Assembly (NCBI GenBank): GCA_964016885.1
Contig: OZ024742.1
Span: forward strand, 254,510,001-254,574,000
Length of the DNA stretch: 64,000 nucleotides
Source of the DNA: Eledone cirrhosa
Taxonomy: Eukaryota
Direction of reading: 5' to 3'
Shown: piece after piece, positions 46,258 to 60,552 of the stretch
Position numbering within the stretch: the stretch's first letter is position 1
Layout: each line of letters begins with the position of its first letter
Notes under the pieces: model-generated
Told to the model about the DNA's origin: nothing
Seen by the model: only the letters and a program-made list of their open reading frames with translations
Databases searched by the model: none
Translations under genes and position numbers: made by a program

Positions 46258-46650
46258 AGAGAAATAGGATTTAGCTTCAGGCATAGCTATATACAAATAT
46301 GTATAGAAATTTCGTATTTCTAAAGAAACACGATTTTAGGAAGCCATAGCTATGCAAACACCGGAGGGGGGGGGGGCTAACGCCCTCTGGTGATGTCCAG
46401 CAGAATAAAGGGGGACAACCGTCTATGCATTTCAGGCTTGACTGGCCTTCGTTAGGATGGTCCCTCCCACCGCTTGCAACTGCTGGACTTGAGAACAGTC
46501 GAGAATATATAGTTTTCTCGTCTGTGTAAATGAGGTGATTAATCTCATTTGCATATGAAGCTGCATAATTTGGCTCAACTTATAATAGAATAGAAATAGG
46601 ATTTAGCTTCAGGCATAGATGTATACAAATATATATAGAAATTTCGTATA
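46258..46650 (-). mobile_element. Terminally redundant ~330-bp retrozyme-like unit; HHR at 46418-46461 with mutated core CTAACGA
   Basis: 46260-46318 is repeated at 46592-46650; homologous to 55752-56135. Confidence 0.7.
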
Positions 46651-48066
46651 TATGCATTCCTTCTGGCTAAAAATTGAATCTTTTCAATCTGGCTTTCCAC
46701 CAGCTTGCTAAGAGGAACATCAATCTGATGACCCTGTGAGCAAGTAGGTGAAACTTCAGGGTAACAAGACTCACCTTTTAGCTATCATACATGAATATTT
46801 AAATTCTTCTTCAGTACTCTTTTTTTCTCATCTGTCCACTACATACGCATACACACTCACACACACATACACACACACACACGTGTGTGTGTGTGTTTAT
46901 ATATATATTATTATTATTGTTCAGAGAGAGTTAGAGAGAGAGGGAGAGAGAGATAAATACATATATGCACATACATGTGTGTGTGTTTGTGTGTGTTTTG
47001 TTTGGTATAATGCCTCCTATAAACAGTTTCCTATATAGCAGTAAAATACATGAAAATATTAATGCACATCTTTATTTTAGAGTTTATTCATTTCCAAAAA
47101 TTCATGTAAATCATCCTATTTGTATTTATGGGAATTGACACATTTATGAATTTATACAAATTAATATTTAACCCTTTTATGGACATGTTTAAATGATATA
47201 TGAAAGCTTTATATGAAATTTACTGCTCACATTTCTGTAGGTTTAGCTTGCATCATACATGATTTAGATTGCATAGAAGATTTCTGGAGTATTTTAATGA
47301 TAAAGTTCCCTGTTCAATCACACATACATATATATATATATATATACATGCTATTTTTATAGTTCAAACCTATGTAGGTTTAGAAGGCCTCAGATGAGAT
47401 TCATCTCATAGGTTTCTTGGTTGTTTTAATGACAGCGGCCTCAGCCATATCATGAAGAACAATATAAAATTCCTAGTTCAAGAACACAATGTGCTGCCTT
47501 ATCCAGGAATCAAATCCACAACTTTATGATTGTGAATTCAACACTCTAAGCACTACGCTATGTGCATTCACATTATTGTATCTAATTAATGAACAATTTG
47601 TTGGGATTTACTGAATTTATTGGTTTATGATTAAGTTGGTATTAGTCACTTAAGAAAAGGTTCTTATAAAAAAGTGTTGGCTAGTTTTAATTTAATTCAG
47701 CATGCATGACTATATTTTGTTTTTTATAGGTGGGTTGGCAGAATGTCATAGAATGAGAAATGGTTTTGTTCAGGTTACTATGAATATCAGTAGCTTGGTC
47801 AACTATTTTGTACATTACATTATATAAAGAGACAAGATTTCAGATATTTTTTTATACATGTCTGCTTCACAAGCAAGAATTACCAACAAAGTAAACTGGC
47901 TTGCGCATATTATGTTATTCTATTATTTAAATATTTCCAAGTTGATTAATCTTAGTTTCTGTTCTAGTATAATTGACTTATAATGTGCACACACACACAT
48001 ACACACACACACACAAACACACACATACACACACACATACATACATATATATCCATATATACATAC

Positions 48067-48104
<38 letters not shown>

Positions 48105-48306
48105 ATGTATATGTATATATTTATTTATATATTCATATATATGCATATATTAATGTATATATGAATATATATATATATATATATATATAAATTGAAACAA
48201 AATGAAAACGAAATTTCATTTCTCACTTAGTATGGCACTTACTTAAATGTAAGTATGCATGTATACGTACATACATATATGTATACAGACGTACAGTAGC
48301 ATGCAC

Positions 48307-48337
<31 letters not shown>

Positions 48338-48795
48338 CATATGCATACAGGTACACATACATATATGCACGTATCAGTTTAGCTGTTAAGGCAACCACGT
48401 CACCTTTTTGTTCAACAAAAAGGTGACGTGGTTGCCTTAACACCGTATGGCATAAATTCAGGCTGTTCAGTTTGTTTACAAACGAACAAAGCGACGTTAG
48501 CGCCGCTAAACTGATACGTGCATATATGTATGTGTACCTGTATGCATATGTATATATATATGTATATATATATATATATGTGCATGCTACTGTACGTCTG
48601 TATACATATATGTATGTACGTATACATGCATACTTACATTTAAGTAAGTGCCATACTAAGAGTGAGAAATGAAATTTCGTTTTCATTTTGTTTCAATTTA
48701 TCGTTTTCGGTATGCCTGACCGATTTAACTCACTCAATATGCAAATTAGGCTGCTCAGCCGTTAATTTTCATAAGGAAAGTATATACTTTCGAAC

Positions 48796-48882
48796 GTTCA
48801 ACTATCTGGCAGATGGGTAAACGGTGCTGATGATAGCTAACAAGCTTGAAACTAGTACATCGTTCCTGTGTCAGTGTTGAAC
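48796..48882 (+). ncRNA. Retrozyme hammerhead 1 (predicted cut after 48857)
   Basis: AACGGTG-CTGATGA-T-AGC-TAACAA-GCT-T-GAA-ACTAGT-A^CATCGTT; distal helices CTGGCA/TGTCAG and GTTCAAC/GTTGAAC. Confidence 0.85.
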
Positions 48883-49261
48883 AAAAAGGTGACGTGGTTG
48901 CCTTAACACCGTATGGCATAAATTCAGGCTGTTCAGTTTGTTTACAAACGAACAAAGCGACGTTAGCGCCGCTAAACTGATACGTGCATATATGTATGTG
49001 TACCTGTATGCATATGTATATATATATGTATATATATATATATATGTGCATGCTACTGTACGTCTGTATACATATATGTATGTACGTATACATGCATACT
49101 TACATTTAAGTAAGTGCCATACTAAGAGTGAGAAATGAAATTTCGTTTTCATTTTGATTCAATTTATCGTTTTCGGTATGCCTGACCGATTTAACTCACT
49201 CAATATGCAAATTAGGCTGCTCAGCCGTTAATTTTCATAAGGAAAGTATATACTTTCGAAC

Positions 49262-49348
49262 GTTCAACTATCTGGCAGATGGGTAAACGGTGCTGATGAT
49301 AGCTAACAAGCTTGAAACTAGTACATCGTTCCTGTGTCAGTGTTGAAC
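49262..49348 (+). ncRNA. Retrozyme hammerhead 2 (cut after 49323)
   Basis: Identical to copy 1. Confidence 0.85.
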
Positions 49349-49727
49349 AAAAAGGTGACGTGGTTGCCTTAACACCGTATGGCATAAATTCAGGCTGTTC
49401 AGTTTGTTTACAAACGAACAAAGCGACGTTAGCGCCGCTAAACTGATACGTGCATATATGTATGTGTACCTGTATGCATATGTATATATATATGTATATA
49501 TATATATATATGTGCATGCTACTGTACGTCTGTATACATATATGTATGTACGTATACATGCATACTTACATTTAAGTAAGTGCCATACTAAGAGTGAGAA
49601 ATGAAATTTCGTTTTCATTTTGATTCAATTTATCGTTTTCGGTATGCCTGACCGATTTAACTCACTCAATATGCAAATTAGGCTGCTCAGCCGTTAATTT
49701 TCATAAGGAAAGTATATACTTTCGAAC

Positions 49728-49814
49728 GTTCAACTATCTGGCAGATGGGTAAACGGTGCTGATGATAGCTAACAAGCTTGAAACTAGTACATCGTTCCTG
49801 TGTCAGTGTTGAAC
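49728..49814 (+). ncRNA. Retrozyme hammerhead 3 (cut after 49789)
   Basis: Identical to copy 1. Confidence 0.85.
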
Positions 49815-49960
49815 AAAAAGGTGACGTGGTTGCCTTAACACCGTATGGCATAAATTCAGGCTGTTCAGTTTGTTTACAAACGAACAAAGCGACGTTAGCG
49901 CCGCTAAACTGATACGTGCATATATGTATGTGTACCTGTATGCATATGTATATATATATG

Positions 49961-49992
<32 letters not shown>

Positions 49993-50207
49993 TGCATGCT
50001 ATTGTACGTCTGTATACATATATGTATGTACGTATACATGCATACTTACATTTAAGTAAGTGCCATACTAAGAGTGAGAAATGAAATTTCGTTTTCATTT
50101 TGTTTCAATTTATCGTTTTCGGTATGCCTGACCGATTTAACTCACTCAATATGCAAATTAGGCTGCTCAGCCGTTAATTTTCATAAGGAAAGTATATACT
50201 TTCGAAC

Positions 50208-50294
50208 GTTCAACTATCTGGCAGATGGGTAAACGGTGCTGATGATAGCTAACAAGCTTGAAACTAGTACATCGTTCCTGTGTCAGTGTTGAAC
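50208..50294 (+). ncRNA. Retrozyme hammerhead 4 (cut after 50269)
   Basis: Identical to copy 1. Confidence 0.85.
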
Positions 50295-50440
50295 AAAAAG
50301 GTGACGTGGTTGCCTTAACACCGTATGGCATAAATTCAGGCTGTTCAGTTTGTTTACAAACGAACAAAGCGACGTTAGCGCCGCTAAACTGATACGTGCA
50401 TATATGTATGTGTACCTGTATGCATATGTATATATATATG

Positions 50441-50471
<31 letters not shown>

Positions 50472-50687
50472 GTGCATGCTATTGTACGTCTGTATACATA
50501 TATGTATGTACGTATACATGCATACTTACATTTAAGTAAGTGCCATACTAAGAGTGAGAAATGAAATTTCGTTTTCATTTTGTTTCAATTTATCGTTTTC
50601 GGTATGCCTGACCGATTTAACTCACTCAATATGCAAATTAGGCTGCTCAGCCGTTAATTTTCATAAGGAAAGTATATACTTTCGAAC

Positions 50688-50774
50688 GTTCAACTATCTG
50701 GCAGATGGGTAAACGGTGCTGATGATAGCTAACAAGCTTGAAACTAGTACATCGTTCCTGTGTCAGTGTTGAAC
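50688..50774 (+). ncRNA. Retrozyme hammerhead 5 (cut after 50749)
   Basis: Identical to copy 1. Confidence 0.85.
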
Positions 50775-50995
50775 AAAAAGGTGACGTGGTTGCCTTAACA
50801 CCGTATGGCATAAATTCAGGCTGTTCAGTTTGTTTACAAACGAACAAAGCGACGTTAGCGCCGCTAAACTGATACGTGCATATATGTATGTGTACCTGTA
50901 TGCATATGTATATATATATGTATATATATATATATATGTGCATGCTACTGTACGTCTGTATACATATATGTATGTACGTATACATGCATACTTAC

Positions 50996-51060
<65 letters not shown>

Positions 51061-51067
<7 letters not shown>

Positions 51068-51520
51068 GGAATCAAATGAAACGAAGTTTCATTTCTCACT
51101 CTTAGTACGGCAGTTACTTAAATGTAAGTATGTATGTATACGTACATCATCTTATTCCATTTATCGTTTTCGGTGCGCCCGGCCGACTAAACTCACTCGA
51201 TATGCAAATTATTCTGCTCAGCCGTCAATATGCATAAGGAAAGTATATACTTTCAGACGTTCAACCATCTGACAGGAGGGTATACGATGCTGACGATAGC
51301 TAATAAGCTTGAAACTAGTACATCGTTCCTGTGTCAGTATTGAACAAATAGGTGACGTGGTTGCCTAAACACTGTACGGCGTAATTCGGGCTGTTTGTTT
51401 GTTTACAAACAAACCGAACATTATAATAAATGTTCGGTAAACCGATACATGCATATATGTATGTGTGCATGTATGTATATATATACATACTACTGTACAT
51501 CTGTATACATATATGTAAGT
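51061..51520 (+). mobile_element. Diverged subfamily copy of the retrozyme with its own inverted head; HHR at 51259-51345
   Basis: 51061-51147 inverted, then a direct partial unit; ACGATG-CTGACGA-TAGCTAATAAGCTT-GAAACTAGTA^CATCGT. Confidence 0.82.
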
Positions 51521-51816
51521 AATATCATTTTGAACTGCTTAACTTCAATGACTGTGCTTGTAAATAACATTAACTTTTCTCACACATTGACGTTTTACGG
51601 TCCACATTATGCACGGTTTTTTTTCCTTTCTCTTTTTTCTTTTCACTTCTTAAACCTTGTTTGTATATAACATTATTCTTTCTGCACCTTCTGTTTAACA
51701 TGTGCGACACCACACTAATACATTTCACTATCATTTGATAATGCATATAAATGCAGAAACCGGTAATAGACATTAATTAAATATATAAATAGATAAATAA
51801 ATGCCATTGTTAAATA

Positions 51817-52001
51817 ATTGTTTCTACTTTAGGCACAAGGCCAGCAATTATCCAGTGCATTACTGGTACTTTATTTTATCGACCCCGTAAGGATGAAAGG
51901 CAAAGTCAACCTCGGCGGGATTTGAACTCAGATCGTAAAGGGACGTAACTATGCTGGAAAGCATGGCGTCCGACCCTCTACCGATACTGCCAATCCACCG
52001 A
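51817..52001 (-). mobile_element. tRNA-derived SINE, full length
   Basis: Minus strand: A-box-like TGGCAGTATCGG, B-box GAGTTCAAATCC, central GCCTTTCATCCTTACGGGGTCGATAAA (resembles the Meta SINE domain); at least 7 copies in the window. Confidence 0.88.
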
Positions 52002-52171
52002 GATCAACTAATACCTTAACACTTCACACAAAGTAAAATATTTCGTTTTAATCATTTTCTAACCCAGAAGAGAGAGAGAGAGAGACAAAAAAAAGGAGAG
52101 AAAAAAAAATGTTCTTCCTCATAATCGTCTCTTTCTCCCTGTTTTCATATATATATATATATATATATAAA

Positions 52172-52204
<33 letters not shown>

Positions 52205-53493
52205 TGCAATGTTCACATTCATATGTATAAATGTATGGGTACAAAATACGTATTGGATTCAATACAGAAATGATATCAATAATGTTTGCTTGAGAAGCAA
52301 CAAAATTGAGTTAACAAGATTAAATAAATATAATTCTCAATGGAAGAAGTGCGAAAATAAATTTGACATGGAAACATTAAAAATTGTTTTATGAGAATAA
52401 CGATTAGCAAATTATGTGATGTGTTGATAAATCTATAATTGTACAGGTCAATAGTGAAAGATTATGTCGCCTTAATTTATTAAATGTAGCAATAACACAG
52501 TACTGTTCAAAATTAAGGTGTGTAGAGATCCAGGACTGGCACTACCATTAAAGCTAACTTGGCAGCCACCTAGGGCATAAACCTCAGAGATGCACATTGA
52601 TGAACCTTAAAATATTACAGTTTTATATTTCACTTCCATTCAGTTCATCCATATATGTGTCTACGTGTGTATATATGTGTATGTGTGTGTATGTGTCCGT
52701 GCGTGTGTGTGTGTGTGTGGAGGGGGTGGTGTAAATAAGCGAATAGAACCATCAATTGCATAAATCTGAACATAGGTACACCTAGAACAAATGTAAAGTA
52801 ATCACTGAATCTCCTTATACCTAAATAATACATTCCAAAGACAATAGAATACCAAACTGAAAACTAATACACTCACTCATTAAAACAAAGCTAATTATAA
52901 ACTATATGTTTGTACATCATACATAATTCTTACCTGAAACATCATTGATACTTAGTAACTCAAACCCCGTAAACCCAACCACCAACCCACTCTAGGTATG
53001 ACTATGGGAAGACAGACATTTTCAAGCTGCAGCTGTCATATTACACAGTTTACGACTCCATTGCATAATAATCTACACTAACCAGACTCATTCCCATAAC
53101 TAATAGATAAACTTATTTTAATGCTAAAGCGCTATCACGCATAACTAAACGACATCTCTTCAGTCACCATTAGTCCCAAATAAACCCATCCTGAACTATT
53201 TGTATTTGCAAATACTTATTAAATGTATAAAACATACCCTACTTTATATATATATATGCAATATTACAACAAAGTTCGATGCCGAATCACCTGATCTTCC
53301 TCAACCTATCAAATTGTACTTCAAACATAGCAATCTGAGCCACCTTTTTTGCTTAAAACTGAAAGAAATTACCAACATCAGTTAGATTCAAGTTACAAGT
53401 TGGCATAGCCACATATCTCTCCATCCGTATTAACTTTTGAAAATCATGAAACTTGTGAAACCGGTAAAGCTGTAAATCAATTTCAACATCTTT

Positions 53494-55500
<2,007 letters not shown>

Positions 55501-55751
55501 GATGATATATACGCGTGTGTGTCTGTGTGTGTATAAAACATCCAATAAAAAATTAAAAAATCTGCCATCCCAAATGAATGAGAATGTTTTAAAGCTGTAT
55601 GTGGAACATACCGTTATTAAGCATGCATAAGTCTGGTGAGCTTTCGATACCAGAGTCTGGCCCAATCAATAGAGGTCAAACCATGAGCTGATCAATCGTG
55701 AAACACGTGCCACATCTGAATAAACTCGATGATAATTTGACAACTCATCCC

Positions 55752-56135
55752 AGCGGCTTCCTAAATGTTTACCCTGTAAACATACCGTGTTTCTTTAGAA
55801 ATATGAAATGTCTATACATAACTCTATACAGCCATGCTTGAAGCTAAATCCTATTTCTATTCTATTATAAGTTGAGCCAACTTATGCAGCTTCATATGCA
55901 AATGAAATTTTCACCTCATTTACACAAACGAGAAAACTATATAATCTCGACTGTTCTCAAGTCCAGCAGTGGCAAGTGTGTGTGGGACCATCCTGATGAA
56001 GACCAGTTAAGTCTGAAATGCATAGACGGTTGTCCCCCTTGCTTCTGCGTTAGCCTCCCCCCATTATTTGCATAGCTATGGCTTCCTAAATGTTTGCCCT
56101 GTTTCTTTAGAAATACGAAATTTCTGTACATATGT
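55752..56135 (+). mobile_element. Terminally redundant retrozyme-like unit; HHR at 55987-56030
   Basis: ACCATC-CTGATGA-AGAC-CAGTTAA-GTCT-GAA-ATGCAT-A^GACGGT; 55755-55832 is repeated at ~56080-56135. Confidence 0.75.
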
Positions 56136-56311
56136 ATATATATTGATTAAAGTTTAATTAGTCTCTAATACCTAAACATTTCAATGAAAGAAATCTCTCA
56201 AAGAGGCGGGCCCGATAAATAGAGATCAAACTGTGAATTGATCAATCGTGAAACACGTGTCACCTCTGAATAAACTTAATTATAATCTGACAACTCATCC
56301 CAGCTTATTAT

Positions 56312-56668
<357 letters not shown>

Positions 56669-56685
56669 AATATATATATATATAT

Positions 56686-56812
<127 letters not shown>

Positions 56813-56875
56813 TATATGCGGTGCACCAGCATCGCCTCATCCGGATGACTGGAACAGCTAAAATAGTAAAAGAGA

Positions 56876-56933
<58 letters not shown>

Positions 56934-56999
56934 GTTATTCCGGGTTGAATCGGAGGTAACCACAGTAAGTAAGGTACTCAATACATAGCAGAGTATAAC

Positions 57000-57833
57000 A
57001 GTTTTAATATAGATGAGATTCTACAGGACTAGAACTGTTTCATTCATTAGAAATCATCAGGAATCTGGGTATCAAAAAATAAATATGGTATTTATAGGTC
57101 TCTACAAGTGGTAGGAGAGGGTGGGGAGTTGGATGGGTGCAGGTCATTGGTTGATAGAAAAGGGAATTCATTAAAAGCTAATTCTACAAAGCTATAGTTA
57201 ATTTTTATTTTTATTTATATTTATTTATGTTTTTAGAGTAACAAAGGCAGACAGAATTCTATAAACAGGTTCCGGATGGCATACCATTCCTTGTCAATAA
57301 GTTTCTCTTAAGCTAACAGATGTCTATAAAATCAGTGGGGGGTCAGTCAAGCTCGATAGAATTAAAGAAGAGGGAGATTCTTTAAAAGCTAAAGTCATTA
57401 AGGTTCTACTAAGTGACAAAGGTCTAGGGAATTCTGCAGACAGATTCAAAATACTGAGTGCATATCTTACTATTATCTTCGAACTTCTCTTAAACTAATC
57501 AACAATATGCCAAAATCAACAGACACATTCACAAAAAAACAAAAAAACAAAAAAAACAAAAAAACAGAAAAACAAAAAAACACACATAAAAAACAAAAAA
57601 ACAAAAAAACACACATACTCACTCACACACTTACGCGCAACCATAAACACACACACAAACACATATACACACATAAAAACACACATATATAAAAAATATA
57701 TAAATATATATAAAAAATATATATTCATGTACACACACATACATACACACATACATACATACATACATATATAAAATACATATACACATATACATACGCA
57801 CATATATATATATATATATACACATATATATAT

Positions 57834-57880
<47 letters not shown>

Positions 57881-57988
57881 TACATACATATACACAAACA
57901 CATATACACACATATATATATATATATACAGACATACACACACACACACATATATATACATATATATATATATACACATACATATATT

Positions 57989-58042
<54 letters not shown>

Positions 58043-58201
58043 CATACACATACATACACACACACACACATATATACACAAATAAATAGACTCACACGCA
58101 TACATACAAACACGAGTATACATATGTATAAATATCTATACACACACACATACACACACATATATATATACATATACATACACATATATATACATATACA
58201 T

Positions 58202-58267
<66 letters not shown>

Positions 58268-58285
58268 CTATACACACACATACAA

Positions 58286-58336
<51 letters not shown>

Positions 58337-58655
58337 CATACACACACAAACATACACAGACCTATACATAAATATACACATATATACACAGACATACAAC
58401 GCACATATACACAGACACATATACATACACATACATATACACACACATACACACACACATACACATATACATATATACATATATATATATACATATATAT
58501 ATGTATATATGTATATGTGTATGTGTGTGCACATGTATGTGTATATGTATGTGTATGCACATATGTGTGTGTATATGTGCGTTATATGTCTGTATATATA
58601 TGTGTATATTCATGTATAGGTCCGTGCATGTATGTGTATGCTTGTGTATGTATGG

Positions 58656-58710
<55 letters not shown>

Positions 58711-58737
58711 TATATATATATATATACATACACATAC

Positions 58738-58776
<39 letters not shown>

Positions 58777-58849
58777 CACACACACGCGCATACACACATA
58801 CACACACCCACACACAAAATATATACACACACACACTCTCTCTCTCATG

Positions 58850-58937
<88 letters not shown>

Positions 58938-59378
58938 CATACACACACACATACACACACACATACACATATATATACACATAATGACTTTAGCTTTTAA
59001 AGAATTTCCCTCTTCTTTAATTCTATCGAGCTTGACTGACCCCCCACTGATTTTATAGACATCTGTTAGCTTAAGAGAAACTTATTGACAAGGAATGGTA
59101 TGCCATCCGGAACCTGTTTATAGAATTCTGTCTGCCTTTGTTACTCTAAAAACATAAATAAATATAAATAAAAATAAAAATTAACTATAGCTTTGTAGAA
59201 TTAGCTTTTAATGAATTCCCTTTTCTATCAACCAATGACCTGCACCCATCCAACTCCCCATCCTCTCCTACCACTTGTAGAGACCTATAAATACCATATT
59301 TATTTTTTGATACCCAGATTCCTGATGATTTCTAATGAATGAAACAGTTCTAGTCCTGTAGAATCTCATCTATATTAA

Positions 59379-59382
<4 letters not shown>
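57000..59382. mobile_element. Family D fold-back element: 401-bp inverted arms around a ~1.5-kb microsatellite-rich core
   Basis: 57000-57400 versus 58982-59382, nearly identical. Confidence 0.9.
59316..59366 (+). ncRNA. Type I hammerhead with looped stem III (mirror copy 57016-57066 on minus strand)
   Basis: AGATTC-CTGATGA-T-TTC-TAAT-GAA-T-GAA-ACAG-TTCTAGTC-CTGT-A^GAATCT. Confidence 0.82.
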
Positions 59383-59409
<27 letters not shown>

Positions 59410-60313
59410 CTAGCAACAGTACCCAGCGTTGCCTGGGTAGGTAAAATAATATCTGCTTTGATGAAAAGGTGTTGATCTTAGTTTCTTGAAAATCAGTCGT
59501 AAGGTGTAGCAAATGGCGAAATGTTGAGTAAAATCGTATGGAATATGTGGGAGGTGGAAGAAAACCGTATTTTGAAGAATTAAATGGCTGCCACGCTGTC
59601 CCTGAACAAAAAATCCAAAGTGTAAAGCTACTATAAGATGTGAAATGATAGGTTCTATCGTAGTATAAAAGTTGAACCAAATAAATAGATTTATGTGTGA
59701 CGTGGAGCCGAAGCTTCGAATGTGAACGACATCGGTTGAAAAAGGTGGGAGCTAGAGCCGAACAGGCGGAAATTTCAGCGAAAGGGTGGTATTTTCGAAT
59801 ATTTAAGCGGCTGCCACGCCGTTCCTGAACAAAAAGTCCAAAATCTATAGCCACTTTAAGACGTCAAATAATCAGATCTAGCGTAGTGTAAAATTTGAAC
59901 AAAGTAGGTTGATTAATGTGGGAGTTAGAGCCGAAAAGGTGGAAATTTGAGTCTAAAAGAGGTATTTTTGAATATTTAAGTGGCTGCCACAGCAAATGCA
60001 AAATATAAAGCGAGTACAGGATGTGCAATAAATTCTATTTTGCTTTAAAATTCGAACGAAACCGGTGGCAAAATGTGGGAGCTAGAGCCAACAATCTTCT
60101 TTTTCGATACCTAAAAAAAGGTGACACCCCCTATCGATTTTTATCTGCAGAATGACCCCGGAATAAGAGAAAACGATACGCTGATATATAGAAAACACTC
60201 CCTGATGACGAATCTATTAGCCTGTAAAGTTTCATGAAAATCGGTCGTAAGATGTAGGCCCCTATAGGTAATACACAGACACACAAACACACACATACAC
60301 ACACATACTTAAT

Positions 60314-60325
<12 letters not shown>
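59410..60325 (-). mobile_element. Non-autonomous Helitron/Helentron-like element
   Basis: CTAG terminus at 59410 with adjacent hairpin ACCCAG..CTGGGT; internal ~190-bp imperfect tandem repeats; AAGTTTCATGAAAATCGG plus a CA tract at the other end. Confidence 0.6.
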
Positions 60326-60345
<20 letters not shown>

Positions 60346-60467
60346 GGAAAATGTATGACCCCGACGGCAGAGCTCAAGCCGTTTCGACGGCTATTTCTGG
60401 ACTATTTCTTAGTCCAGAAATAGCTGTTGAAACGTCTTGAGCTCTGCCGTCGGGGTCATACATTTTC
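60346..60467. repeat. Hairpin with ~58-bp arms next to (TA)n
   Basis: GAAAATGTATGACCCCGACGGCAGAGCTC... / ...GAGCTCTGCCGTCGGGGTCATACATTTTC. Confidence 0.9.
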
Positions 60468-60552
60468 GTATTACCCACTCTACTACCCTAAGTATTGAGT
60501 ACTCTGGTATGTTATGGTCCATCTGGTTCCTTACCACAACTCCTTCGTTATA

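Larger units (their letters stand above)
48187..51000 (+). mobile_element. Candidate non-LTR retrozyme: ~5.5 tandem 466/480-bp units plus an inverted head, inserted in (TA)n
   Basis: HHR spacing 466, 466, 480, 480; units ~99% identical; non-coding; 48187-48416 is an inverted partial unit. Confidence 0.85.

Noticed and set aside
48414-51000. CRISPR array or plain satellite interpretation
   Set aside because: No repeat-spacer structure or cas genes, and a eukaryotic context; the per-unit HHR and inverted head fit a retroelement better.
48243-51105. Repeated 60-147 aa ORFs in the tandem array
   Set aside because: Low-complexity, change frame with TA-tract length, and are not preserved in the diverged copy.
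51900-52001. tRNA gene
   Set aside because: The A/B boxes belong to a multi-copy SINE head; no cloverleaf is evident.
60346-60467. Pre-miRNA hairpin
   Set aside because: Abuts (TA)n and shares TAGCTGTTGAAACG with the repeat near 31840, so a fold-back repeat end is more likely; no expression evidence.
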